A DNA stretch of 54,673 nt. It comes from Octopus sinensis. Its lineage: Eukaryota. Shown in pieces: positions 13,899-27,510 of this stretch (positions are counted from its first letter, which is position 1; each line of letters opens with the position of its first letter). The notes below the pieces were generated by a model. The model was not told where the DNA came from, did no database searches, and saw only the letters and a program-made list of their open reading frames with translations. Both the position numbers and the translations under genes were made by a program. The DNA lies in assembly GCF_006345805.1 (NCBI RefSeq), contig NW_021833881.1, positions 1 to 54,673 on the forward strand, given 5' to 3'.

Positions 13899-14403
13899 CT
13901 CAATATAAATTTGAAAACGCACTCACTAGAAACCAACGGGATTTCTCTCACCATTGATCATTACCTAGGTAAATACACTTACCTCATCGTTTAGTATAGT
14001 CGATCAATGAGTGTCTGTCGTAATTTTGGAAGCCGTCAACAAAATAAGGTTAAAGTGATACAAGAACTCCATAAAGCACTGCTTGAAATCCTGACGATAA
14101 ATAAGCACTACTAAGAATAGCTGCCATTTAATCGTAACGACTGAGTGTATTCATATAGAAAATGCTGCAACATGTTTTAAGAAATTTACAAAGAGAGATT
14201 TAAATCTGGTGAACTGAAAAATGCTTGACGTTAAGACTTCATTTGAAGCCTGACTATCTATCGAATTGCTAGTTATAACATATTTGTTGATATATTTTTC
14301 CCTCCCAAATTAGGCTTTGTTAATTACAAAATTTTACATACATCATACTGAAACAGTCTATGGATATTGACAGCTTACCTATATCCACGATATGTACTTA
14401 TAC

Positions 14404-14453
<50 letters not shown>

Positions 14454-14593
14454 AAAAAAAACATCTTTTATCAATTCAAAATGAACAATTAAATTAAACC
14501 ATCTAGAAAATTGCGTATAGAAACATTAACATTAAAATAACAATAAAATGTCAATGATTAAGTAAATTGCAAAACAATAATAATAATAATAAC

Positions 14594-14663
<70 letters not shown>

Positions 14664-14879
14664 TACACGTCATGGTGGAGCGCTGAAACCTGCAAATATT
14701 TTTGTCATTCTGTCTCTGCTTATTTTCTCTTATTCCTTTCTGTTGATGAGCGTAACCTCGAAGCAAATGACCTTTTCATTTTTTCCGAGCGTTAAACTAA
14801 TACACTTACTTGTTCATACAACTGTCTTTGTCTTTTGCTTTTTCTATAAATTACAACTATATGTGTGTGTATGTGTCTG

Positions 14880-14913
<34 letters not shown>

Positions 14914-15494
14914 CGTTTGTATGTGTGTGTGTGTGGTGGGGCATGTACATGTGGTTACTTTTGCAGCACGTGTCGTGTCCTCTTGCTGCTATTGCTATTG
15001 TTGCTTTGTTTTGCTGCAGCTGGTGCTGTTGCTACTAGTAATAATGATGCTTTTCGCGATGGTGGTAGCGATGGTGGGTTTGCTGCTGGTTTGTTACGAT
15101 ATTCTTGATGGTGGTAGAAACGGTATTGTTGTCGTTGCCATTATCTGTGCTGATGACGATGTTATTGTTTTTGCTATTCCTATCGTTGTTGTTTGTTTTG
15201 TTGATCATTTTAAGGTGAAGTTCTGTATAAGTTTGAGCAAATAACTTCCACATCTGACGAACACGTGTTTTCTATTTTACTTTCAGACTTTATGTATCTA
15301 CGACAACATATTCCAATGGGACTTTACTTTTTATAAAAGTGTAATATGTCATCTGGGGAATTTGTAGTCGTTCTATCCAATAGATCAAAGGACCACGTCA
15401 AGTCATTTAAGTCGATTCGTATTATACTAAGTTCAGTTCAACTGAATACGCACAAGCATGTATTTAAAATAAGAGTAACTATCGAAACAGAATT

Positions 15495-16093
15495 AATATT
15501 ATTTCCGATTTTGGCTAAGGGCCAGCAATTTTAAGGGACTGAACACGTTTATTATATTGACAACAGTACTTGTCTGGTATTTATTTTATCGATTTCAACG
15601 GAATTTGAACACAGTGCCTTAAGAGCATGAAATATATTACTTAGTCCGATTGTCTAATGAATCTGCCAGGTCACCACCTTCGAAAGGGAATCAATAATAA
15701 TAAAGCGTAGCGGCATTTCCTCCACCATTTTTACGTTCAATTTTCACTGAAGATGACCTTGCCTTTTATTCTTTCGGGGGCGATAAAGTAAGCAACAGTT
15801 GAGGACTTGAGTCAATGTAATCGAATTTCTCCATCGCTCGAAACTATTGGCCTTGTGCCTAAATTTGAAACCAATATTAATAATCCTTTCTACTAAAGGC
15901 ACAAGGCCTGAAATTTTGGGAGAGGGAACTAGTTGATTTCATCAACCCCTTTGCTTAAATGGTACTTATTTCATCGACTCCGAAATGATAAAAGGCATAA
16001 GTCAACATCGACGAAATTTGAACTTACAACATAAAGACGAACGAAGCATTTTTTTTGTCCCGCGTGCAAACGATTCTGCCAGTCCCCTGCCTT
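15495..16093. mobile_element. Three adjacent degenerate Meta-like SINEs in alternating orientation: - 15495-15680, + 15703-15880, - 15884-16093
   Basis: Each carries parts of GAATTTGAAC (B-box complement), the CCTTTC-GGGGTCGATAAA domain and the GGCCTTGTGCC tail. Confidence 0.75.
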
Positions 16094-16504
16094 GAAACCA
16101 ATGTTAATAATGCTTGAAAAGATTACTAGGGATTAGGAAAATAGCTAGCATGTCAGATAAAATACGTTGTTATATTTGTTTACTTAACTATTAACAAGTT
16201 GAGCTCAAAACCTTGCAGGTTCAATATGATAAGGTTCGCTCAATTACTGGGATTAATTTTAATTGACCTCGCGCTTACGCAAAGGAGCTTACCGTGAGCC
16301 ATAATTTTAAATTAATATTAGTTGGGGATCTCGCTAATTAAGGCTTCAAAACGCAATGTAGAAGCATATATTCGACAATCAAATATTTCATTCACTGATC
16401 TTAACATTTTATCCTTGCTAAAGTAACAGATCAAGAAAGTACAAAATTGTTTGGAATAATATAAATTATCAATATAATCACACACATGACCTTCTTAATG
16501 CTTA

Positions 16505-16670
16505 GCGTTATTTTGATTGTCTTCGCATTGTGTGTTTACATTTCTCCGAGGTGGGTTTTACCTTTTATCTTGCTGGTGTCGATAAAATAAGTAGCAGTTG
16601 AATACCTGGCTTGATGCGATAAACTTACCCGCGAAATTTCTGGCCTTGTGCCAAAATTTGAAATTAATAT
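16505..16670 (+). mobile_element. Degenerate Meta-like SINE
   Basis: CCGAGGTGGGTTTTACCTTTTATCTTGCTGGTGTCGATAAAATAAGTAGCAGTTGAATAC...GAAATTTCTGGCCTTGTGCCAAAATTTGAAA. Confidence 0.65.
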
Positions 16671-16890
16671 TGTCACATATGTGTAATCTCTATGAGTATT
16701 ATTTATATTCATTATGTACTTTGTAAGTCGTATAACTGCAACAACATTCTTAAGAGTTTCTTCTCACAGTTCAACAAGAGAGATTCAGAGTATATATAAA
16801 AAAATATATATTACTCCGTAAGTATATAGTCACCTTCATAGAAACTTCCCAGTGCAGTGGCACTTTAAACATAATTTGGTTAGTACAGTG

Positions 16891-18300
<1,410 letters not shown>

Positions 18301-18596
18301 GACAATGCCTATATTGAAATATACTCATAGCGACATAACATACGTACATAAAGACATACTATAGAAATATACTAACGCACTTATGCACTTTGTGCAGCCA
18401 AACCGATTCAATAGTCAATTTACCAGATTCTCTAACTTGACAATAACGAAAACAATAAGTCTGTCTGTCTGTGATTAGAACGCAAACAATAAATGTCTCT
18501 GTCCGAATTAGACAGTTGCAAAACGTATTTGCAAACAAGATTTAAAGATAAAAGGGTAAGATGAAGTTCTTTGGTTGATCATTGATATTATTATTA

Positions 18597-18637
<41 letters not shown>

Positions 18638-19484
18638 GTTATTGTTATTATTATCATTATTGTAGTTGTTGTTCTTTTTGTTGTTGTTGTTATTTTGTGC
18701 ATTGTTTCTTTCTTCTTGTTTTCTTTGAATGCTAAGCACTAAAGTGTTGTAGGACAGACTAACTAGAAATACTTATGGCTGTGTGAGTAATAAATAATGA
18801 CATGCTACAGAAGTTAATCGAACGTTCGAGAACATAAACAAGTTCGTTTCTTTTTTGGCTATTTTTTGTTTAGTTTATTTTTTTATTTATTTTGCTTTTA
18901 CTTTTTTTACTTTTTTGTTTCTCTTTATTTCGTTTCGATACTGGATCTTGGGAATCAAATATCATTTGAGATGAGAACCGTTACACCAACGTGATGACAG
19001 AAAATTGGCAACGGCTAGAAAATGCAGTTTAAAACCTCTTTCATTTGTTGCTTCTTCTTTCTTTTTAGCAGTCAAAAAATGTTCATGATTTTCCCATCTG
19101 TTCTTGAAAACAAATGTGAGAAAATAACTTGATGGAAAGAAACGTGTGTGTATGAGGTTGGGGGAGAAGAAGACAATGTAAAAAAATATCACAAAATGTA
19201 AAAACATGACATTTACATTACACAAATGAAACTAGCCAACAAGGGAATTTCTTTTGAAGTTAAACGACATATTAGAAATAGCAGCCAAATTTTCTACATA
19301 TCACACCATAGAATACTAAAAAGTGAAAAACATGTATATTGGATAATGTAGTTTTAAATACATTGTGCCTAGAAGAAAAGTAATCTAAGATGTCAAAGTT
19401 TAAATGCCTCTGATTATAGGTCTCAGCTTTTAGGGATGGTCTGGCATTCAGTAAAACAACTTACAGCAACCGGATATTGACCAG

Positions 19485-19655
19485 TTTTCAGTAGACATAT
19501 TGTGACGTCATGTTTTCATTAGACATGTTGTCAAAATGTTATGTCATATTTTCATTAGACTAGCCGTCAAAACGTTACGCCATGCTTTCATTCTACATCC
19601 AGTCAAACTATATCGCTGATTTTATTAGACTTGCTGTCAAAATTGTTACAAAACT
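19485..19655. repeat. Degenerate ~35-bp minisatellite, about 5 units
   Basis: Recurring TTTTCATTAGAC...GTCAAAA..GTTA.G.CA units. Confidence 0.7.
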
Positions 19656-19960
19656 CAATATCATTGAGTATTTCGGTAGAAGCTTACGTTTTCAGTCCAT
19701 CCATATGAGTTCATGAAAGACCACGTAGATGTTACTTACTAAATTGGTGCAGGAATTTGTAAATGGATTCCAATAATAAATATCGTAATTATTGGCTTCA
19801 AATCTTGACACAAGGCCAGTAATTTCGTGGGAAGGGGCTAAATCGATTTCCATGACCCCAGTGTTCAACTGGTACTTATTTCAGTTCTATATTTAAAAGA
19901 TGAGGAATTACGTACATTATTTACATTTAATGGATATTTGTCCTCATCTTGTTTGTTGTT

Positions 19961-20006
19961 AACATAACGTTTCGGCTGATATATTCTCCAGCCTTCATGA
20001 GATGTC
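19961..20006 (-). ncRNA. Minimal type I hammerhead ribozyme relic (core G5 mutated)
   Basis: Reads GACAU CUCAUGA A GGCUG-N10-CAGCC GAAA CGUU AUGUU. Stem I GACAU/AUGUU and stem II GGCUG/CAGCC pair; palindromic ACGU helix III; core is CUCAUGA instead of CUGAUGA. Confidence 0.6.
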
Positions 20007-20112
20007 TTGCGGCAATTTCGAACCAGGGTTCTCATTCCTAAGGGCTTAAGGTGTTGTGGTTAAGAAGCGGGGTACTAACCCCGAAGATTCCGAGTTCGAT
20101 TCCAGGCAGTGA

Positions 20113-20212
<100 letters not shown>

Positions 20213-20260
20213 TCGAAAAATACGTTAGGAATGAGAACCCAGGTTTAAAATTTCCCCAAA

Positions 20261-20306
20261 GACAATTGATGAAGCCTGGATGGTATATCAGCCGAAAGAT
20301 GGTGTT
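20261..20306 (+). ncRNA. Hammerhead ribozyme relic, second arm (more degenerate)
   Basis: GACAA UUGAUGA A GCCUG-N10-CAGCC GAAA GAUG GUGUU. It keeps UGAUGA and GAAA, complementing the positions lost in the other arm. Confidence 0.5.
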
Positions 20307-20614
20307 AATAACAAACAAGATGAGGACAAATATTCGTCAAATGTAAATAATGGTACTTATTTTATCAACTTCGAAAGAATGAAGGACAAAATAACCCTCG
20401 GTAGAGTTTGAACTCAGAACGTAAAGACGGATGAAATGCATCTAAGCATTTTGTCCACCGTTGTAACCATTCTGCCGGCTTGCCGCCTTCAACATGATAA
20501 TAGTCAAGAGCAAATTTGAAGCTTACGTTGGAGGAATTGTACCAGTCGAGGCTGAATAATACATTACCTTATCAGTTCCAATCTCACGCAAAGTACCGCA
20601 CCAGAATTGTTAAG

Positions 20615-21365
20615 ATGCGTGAGCTGGGAGTACCATTAAAACATTGGCAAAAAGTGGTGGGTTATATTTCTTCCTCCCTCTTATACTTTACTTTCAAATC
20701 CCACCAGATTATGTTTGCTTTATATCCTTTCGATAAAGTACCAATCAGCTAAAGGTGTCGGTTGCATCGACTAATCTACCTCCGTCGAAATTGCTGAAGT
20801 TGTGTCCATTAGTAAGATAGGAAGAACTATTCAAGTGAAAAACTGTGACCTAAGTCAAAATGGAAGGTGTTAAGATATGAACTCGAAATAATGATTGCTG
20901 TACTTCAGTCATAATGGATTCTGATTTAAGCAAAAGGCCAGGTCATTTGAGATATGACAGCTGTTAGTCAATTCTGTCGATCTCAGTACTGAACTGATAC
21001 TTTGCAATAGAAAGGATAAAAGGTAAAGTCGACAGCAGCTGAATTTGAGCTCAGAGCGAAGAAGAGCGGAAATAAATATTACAAATTATTTCTAGACGCT
21101 TTACAGGTGTTGCCAACTCACCACATCAGTACCATTTTGTTAATAATCGTTCTTTAAAAATTTTGTTTGAACCAGGTCAGCAAATTTTGAGAGAAAGGTT
21201 CTAGTCAATTACCCCTCTGTTAAACAGTTATGTATTTCAGGCCTTTGAAAGGAAAAAATGGAAAGCCAACCTCGGCGGAATTTGTAATCAGAATATAAAG
21301 AGTCGGTAGAAATGTCGATATGCATTTTGATCGACACGCTTAATGATTCCCCCAGTTCATCGCTT
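20615..21365. mobile_element. Three highly degenerate Meta-like SINEs (+ ~20615-20820, - ~20930-21125, - ~21165-21365)
   Basis: Remnants such as GCGTGAGCTGGGAG, ATCCTTTCGATAAAGTACCA, GAAAGGATAAAAGGTAAAGTCGAC and CCTCGGCGGAATTTG. Confidence 0.6.
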
Positions 21366-22025
21366 CAAATAAAAACTGTTAAGCATTTTGTCCACGGTTC
21401 TCATGGTTCTTCCAGTCCGTCTCCTTCCTTCAAATAATTATAATAATTTGCAAGCCAAGAGGAAACTTCATGTTTTACAAATGTACTTATTTCAATGATC
21501 AGGTATAAATATTTAGATCAATCTTACATTGTTTCACTTCGATTATCTTCAAATCCATCCCATTTATAATTCTGATTAAAATATAACGCTCGAACATGTT
21601 TCGTTAATGATAAAGATTTTGTAATTTCTTTTGCATCATAGTTAGCATTGTTTACGGAGAAACACTGGAAAACCGGTCATTACCAGCAGATTATAACATA
21701 CAAGAATTTCTAAGATATGTGCAAAGCCATTCGTTCGGTAACTACTTAAATTTCATACTTGATTGATACTTTTCCATCGACCTAGGGTTATAAAAGGCAA
21801 AGCTTTTTTTTTATATTCTGTCTATTTTCAAATCCCTGCTGAGATTTGAATTTTGACGTAGCAGAAACGGAACATAATGCACTATGCGATTCTTTACTTA
21901 TTCTACATATCCACTGACCTGGTATTAGTTATTGCCAATAATTTTTCTCGTTCAAAGATGTGACGAATAACGAAGTGTGGATGACAATAACCGACGCTGT
22001 CGGAGCACATAAGTATTAGTTGATA

Positions 22026-22285
22026 ATTGTAAAGTTCAGGAAGCCGAAATATAGAGGCCATATCACAAGAAGCTCAGGCCTAGAAAAGACAATACTCAAA
22101 GGTTCAGGGGGAGTTGGGTGAAAGCAAGGCAGACTAAGGAATATATGGGCTTATAACATCAAAGAGAAGATAGGCTTCAATTTCGCCGATTCACAGAGAA
22201 CAGCAGAAGATCGAGAGACGTGACAAAACTGGTTGTGAAATTATCAACAAATGGTGCAACGACCACACGGTCGGGGGATATGGCG
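22026..22285 (+). mobile_element. RTE-clade LINE, 3' end fragment
   Basis: IVKFRKPKYRGHITRSSGLEKTILKGSGGVG*KQGRLRNIWAYNIKEKIGFNFADSQRTAEDRET* matches the typical RTE C-terminal pattern (R.LKW.GHV.R...L.KTILQG...G.R.RGR....W.DNIKEWTG......R.A.DR..W). Confidence 0.8.
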
Positions 22286-22384
22286 AAATCGTTTTTAACA
22301 CAAGCTCAAAGTTAAGTATTTTTGGGTGACTGTACATAACACTAAATCGTGTAGATTTAGTGTTATATGAACTTTAATATTTGT

Positions 22385-22964
22385 TCTAAATTTCAACACA
22401 AGAACAGCAATTAAGGCGAAGTGGTAAGTCGATTGCATCGACTCCATTACTAAACAAATTCTTAGTTTATATTCCCCGAAAGAAGGACAAGTAAAGCGAA
22501 CCTCACTGGAATTTGAACACAGAACGTAAAGACAGACGAAATGCCGGTAAACTTTTTGCCAAGCGTGCTAACGTTTCTTATTTCTTTATTGCCCGCATAT
22601 TGGAGACAAACGGATTAAGTCAATTACATCGAATCCAGTGTGTAACTGGTACTTATTTAATCGACCCCGAAAGGATGAAAGGCAAAATCGACCTCGGCGG
22701 ATTTTGAACTCAGAACGTAGCGGCAGACGAAATACCTATTTCATTACTACCCACAAGGGGCTAAATACAGAGAGGACAAACAAGGACTGACAAACGGATT
22801 AAGTCGATTATATCGACCCCAGTGCGTAACTGGTACTTATTCAATCGACCTCGAAAAGGTGAAAAGTAAAGTCGACCTCGGCCAAATTTGAACTCAGAAT
22901 GTAGCGACAGACGAAATACTGCAAATCCTTTCTCCCGGCGTGCTAACGTTTCTGCCAGCTCGCC
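22385..22964 (-). mobile_element. Three tandem Meta-like SINE copies (22385-22580; 22600-22736 headless; 22737-22964 complete)
   Basis: Same motifs as 276-503. Junction GACGAAATACC|TATTTCATTACTACCCACAAGGGG at 22736/22737. Confidence 0.85.
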
Positions 22965-24607
22965 GGCTTGACTCTTACCTTTAATATTGACCACCAGAAA
23001 AGGAAATCTAAATTCAGTTTCCGTGCAAACCGTTTGATCCGATGTTCTGCAGAATCTAAAAGCCAATTCATTGCTCATGTAATAAGGTTGTCGGTTCATT
23101 GCCACGTTGAATAAACAAAAATAAGTAGAACGCAGAAGCAATAAGTTTGTGTTAACTTCACAGTGTATTTTTCCATATATTTTACTGCTCTTATATGTAT
23201 CAAAAATTCGCCTGTGTCTGCTATTTGAGAATATTTAATAAACATTTCCGTGTAAGATTAACAGGCCTAAAACTAACTCCATATTAAAGTGATATACATT
23301 TAATACCTAACGTTATATTATTGAACATTTTACACATGTTATCCGTATGTTATAATTTCATTTCTGCACTTATATTTTTTCCATTCATTTCAATATATTT
23401 AATAACATTTGATGGTTATTACTGTGAGAATGGTTGACAAATTGTTAGGGCACCGAGACTTTATTTGCACAGAATAGAATTAATAATGAAGGCAATAAGA
23501 AATAGAATAAACGAAGAAATTATTTTTATATTTCTGTAATATAATCTAAAATTAATTTACACTACGTAGGTTCTGGAAATGCAATTTAATAATACTTCAA
23601 GTTGTTTTTTTAAAGTTAGTTCGTTATCTCTATAACATGTACTCGTATATATGTGTGAATGTGTGTGTATTTGTGCAAGTGTGCGATTATGTATGCGACT
23701 CTGTGTGTGTGTCTGTGTCTGTGTATGTGTGCATGTGTGTGATTATGTATGCGACTCTGTGTGTGTGTCTGTGTATGTGTATGTGTGTGTGAATATAGAA
23801 TTGGATATTAATAAATTCACATGACTCTCAACAATCTGGAAGGTATTGCAATGACCATCAACTCTCCACTTGATTAAATTACGAAAAGAATAAGTATAAC
23901 CATTTAATAGTATACAACAGAATTATTTCATTATGTCAATCACCATAACAATATCCATTACAACAACTAATTCTGTGTGGCTAGAGAAGGATGTATAACT
24001 GTTGGCATGGTGTGTATGTTATGTGAGTGAAAGGGTATTGGTTGTGGCAGTAGATAACTTGCAATGCAGATCTCAAAATTTCTCGTGTCTTTGGAAGGAA
24101 ACGCGGAGGGGAAAGAAAAAGGACGCATTACCCATGATCACACACGTTCTGTAGACGAAGATCAACATAGGTACCCCTCTGCCGTTGTTTTCTTCTATTT
24201 CCACCTGACTCAAAATTGTGGTTGATGTGGAAACAATCTATTACCGATACATTGAGATTACCTCATGCTAGCTAACTATCCCAATGAAGGATCATGTACA
24301 TCAGGCATTGAGCCCTTGAGGTTCAATCAAATGCTAAATAATGTACATGTTTGCTAAGTAGTTTACAACAATCCAGCGCGGAAACCGTTAAAGCAATGTT
24401 CAACATATGATATATGATGAATGCTACACACAAATATATCAAATACAGCTAGACGAAATATATATTTCGGCTCATTGACAAATGCTAACACACTTCTGTG
24501 TTATAACAAGTACTTCTTATATCGATGGTCTTATTATACTGTCTCATATTCAACGACTTATACTGATTAAATTGAAAGCCATTTCTGCCAAATTATTATT
24601 ATTATAA

Positions 24608-24828
24608 GGCGGTAAGCTGGCAGGGTCGTTAAGCACGCTGGGAAAAGTGCTTAGCGACATTTCGTCCGTATCTACGTTTTAAGTTGAAATTCCATCGTGG
24701 TTGACTTTGCCTTCATCCTTTTGGGGTCCATAAATTAATTACCAATGGAGTGCTGGGGTTGATGTAATCGAATTCATCGCTCCTTCAAATTTTCAGACCT
24801 TGTGCCTATAGTAGGAAGAATTATTATT
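24608..24828 (+). mobile_element. Meta-like SINE, full length, with ATT tail
   Basis: GGCGGTAAGCTGGCAGGGTCGTTAAGCACGCTGGG...GTTGAAATTCC...GCCTTCATCCTTTTGGGGTCCATAAA...GACCTTGTGCCTATAGTAGGAAGAATTATTATT. Confidence 0.85.
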
Positions 24829-24829
24829 G

Positions 24830-24914
24830 ATACTTACCTGGAACAGGGATACACCATGATCAGCAATATGGTTCTCCTAGAGTGAGGCCCATCCATTGCA
24901 CTCCGGTGGTGTTA
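24830..24914 (+). pseudogene. U1: 3'-truncated U1 snRNA pseudogene
   Basis: ATACTTACCTGG (U1 5' splice-site pairing end), CCATGATCA, GGTTCTCCTAG...GAGGC and ATCCATTGCACTCCGG (stem-loop II, U1A site) are colinear with U1 nt 1 to ~85. No stem-loops III/IV or Sm site. Flanked by AATTATTATT on both sides. Confidence 0.9.
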
Positions 24915-25207
24915 ATTATTATTATTATTGTTGTTGTCGTTGTTGTTGTTGCTGTTGTTGTTGTTGTTATATTTGTATAATAGTATTACTATTTGTTTAT
25001 ACGTATGTACACACAAAAATACAGAAAGGCATTTCTCTCTCTACCTCTCCCTCCTTTTATATGTATGTATGTATTGTATGTATGTATGTATGTATGTAAG
25101 TACTTGGAAAATGATGCGTGGCGTTCAATCATATAATAATATAAATTTCATATAGGCATATATTACATAGATATATGTACATACCCCATATATATGTATA
25201 TATATTA

Positions 25208-25264
<57 letters not shown>

Positions 25265-25709
25265 TATATGGGTACAGGACGTTACAAAACGTAAACAATA
25301 TGATATATATATATATTCACTCATATAATTTTTGTGAGCGGCAGGAGTGTGGGGACTAGAGTTTGTGTTTGTGTGTGCCAGTGTGTGTGTTACTGTATAT
25401 ATGTGTGCGTGAGTTTGCGTGCGTACGTGCGTGTATGTGAGAATAATCATGTGTGCATGCACGTTTTTTTTTTCTGCCTGTATGAAATGTACAGGAAACG
25501 TCATTACAAGAACGCACGACTGAAATGACACACGCCTGAATTAATTATAGGCATTAAAATGAGACAAAATTTTGTATTTCCGATCTAAATTTATGTATGT
25601 TTATCTATTCTACACACCGCAATCATTTAGTGACTATTATGTAAAATAGTTAATTTGCCTTGTATATAGTAATATATATGTGTGTGTGTGTATGTGCGTA
25701 TGTATGTAT

Positions 25710-26092
25710 GGTGGAGGTGCAATGGCCCAGTGGTTAGGGCAGCGGACTCGCGGTCATAGGATCGCGGTTTCGATTCCCAGACCGGGCGTTGTGAGTGTTT
25801 ATTGAGCGAAAACACCTAAAAGCTCCACGAGGCTCCGGCAGGGGATGGTGGTGATCCCTGCTGTACTCTTTCACCACAACTTTCTCTCACTCTTACTTCC
25901 TGTTTCTGTTGTACCTGTATTTCAAAGGGCCGGCCTTGTCACTCTCTGTGTCACGCTGATTATCCCCGAGAACTACGTTAAGGGTGCACGTGTCTGTGGA
26001 GTGCTCAGCCACTTACACGTTAATTTCACGAGCAGGCTGTTCCATTGATCGGATCAACCGGAACCCTCGTCGTCGTAACCGACGGAGTGCTT
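25710..26092 (+). mobile_element. tRNA-derived SINE (~380 bp), family distinct from the Meta-like copies
   Basis: A box TGGCCCAGTGGTTAG, B box GGTTTCGATTCCC, cloverleaf-like head, tRNA-unrelated body and a short CCAT tail. Confidence 0.85.
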
Positions 26093-26670
26093 CCATCCAT
26101 GTATGTATATATATATTCAAGCATACATACACGTTATTCTAGGCATATAAATATATGTGCGCATATATAGTTATATACTTATGTATGTATGTATCTATCT
26201 ACATATCTGTGGGTATATATAGATGGCTGAACTGGATTAGTAGTGTAACACTTCTTTCTAATTCACACCTTTCATAGAAAAGAAACAGTGATCAAATGCA
26301 GATGAGGCAGATCCAGGTGAAATAGTGCACGCTGGGAGATATTTTTTCACGTGAGAAGGTTTTTCTTCGTCATTCCATTCGCTGTTAAACTTTGTACACT
26401 TTACTTCATTCCATTTTTCATTCCTTCATCCTTACGTTCTGTGAAAAAATTTTGATAGAGTATCGGATAAACACATGAAGACACAGTCGTGAGTAGCAAA
26501 CTAGAATGGTTAGCAAATAAGATGATGTTGGAAGTGCGGTTGTGTGACGTCGAACTCTACATTTCTTGTTGTATGTAAGTTTGGATTTTCTATCTTTGTA
26601 ACAGCGGAATAAGGATAATTAGTGAACATGAGACACTTCAAGATAACAATATAAACACAAAGAGAAAGTT

Positions 26671-26994
26671 GGCGAGCTGGCAGAGTCGTTAGGACGCCGG
26701 ACGAATAGCTTAGTGGTATTTCATCAATCTTTCCCTTCTGAGTTCAAATTCCACCGAGGTCAACTTTGCCTTTCACAATTTCGAAGTCGATGAATTAAGT
26801 ATTTATGGTGGTATTATTTCAAAAACTGCATCCAAAACTCGATAATCGTCTTATTGCATTTTTTCTACAATATTCTTTTCTACTCTAGGCACAAGGCCCG
26901 AAATTTGTGGGGAGGGGTCCCGGCGATTAGATCGACCTCAGTACGCAACTATTACTTAATTTATCGACCCCGAAAGGATGAAAGGCAAAGTCGA
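26671..26994. mobile_element. Two partial Meta-like SINEs, + 26671-26803 (5' half) and - 26875-26994 (3' half)
   Basis: GGCGAGCTGGCAGAGTCGTTAG...GAGTTCAAATTCCACCGAGGTCAACTTTGCCTTTC; and GGCACAAGGCCCGAAATTT...ATCGACCCCGAAAGGATGAAAGGCAAAGTCGA. Confidence 0.8.
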
Positions 26995-27425
26995 TAAGGA
27001 CAGAGGTTGCGGGATGCTAAACAAAATCTTCTATGCAGGATATTAACGAAACGCATTTGATTTTATCACCGTCGCCCTTGGTGCATTTCAATTGAGGGGA
27101 TTGGGGAATATGTCTCTGGTCCCTATCCAAAACAAGGGTGCCTAGAGTGTTCATATTTTTCGATACAAGTGTATAATGCCATCGACATGATCACAAGTGA
27201 CAACATCTTGACGTATGTATGTGTATGTGTGAGTGTGTGTCTGTGTGTGTGTGTCTGTGTGCGTGTGTGCGTGCGTGCGTGTGTGTATGCATGCATCTAT
27301 GATTGTTTGTATGTATATTTTTGATTGTATCGATAAATGTAGAGAATATATAGCAGTAAATTGGACTGAATCTATATACGAAATATGCTCTGTCCACTTC
27401 AAAATTAAGTTTTATGCACTTCATG

Positions 27426-27510
<85 letters not shown>

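Noticed and set aside
19485-19655. CRISPR-like repeat/spacer appearance
   Set aside because: The conserved part is only ~12 bp, the 'spacers' are homologous to each other, the context is eukaryotic and no cas genes are present.
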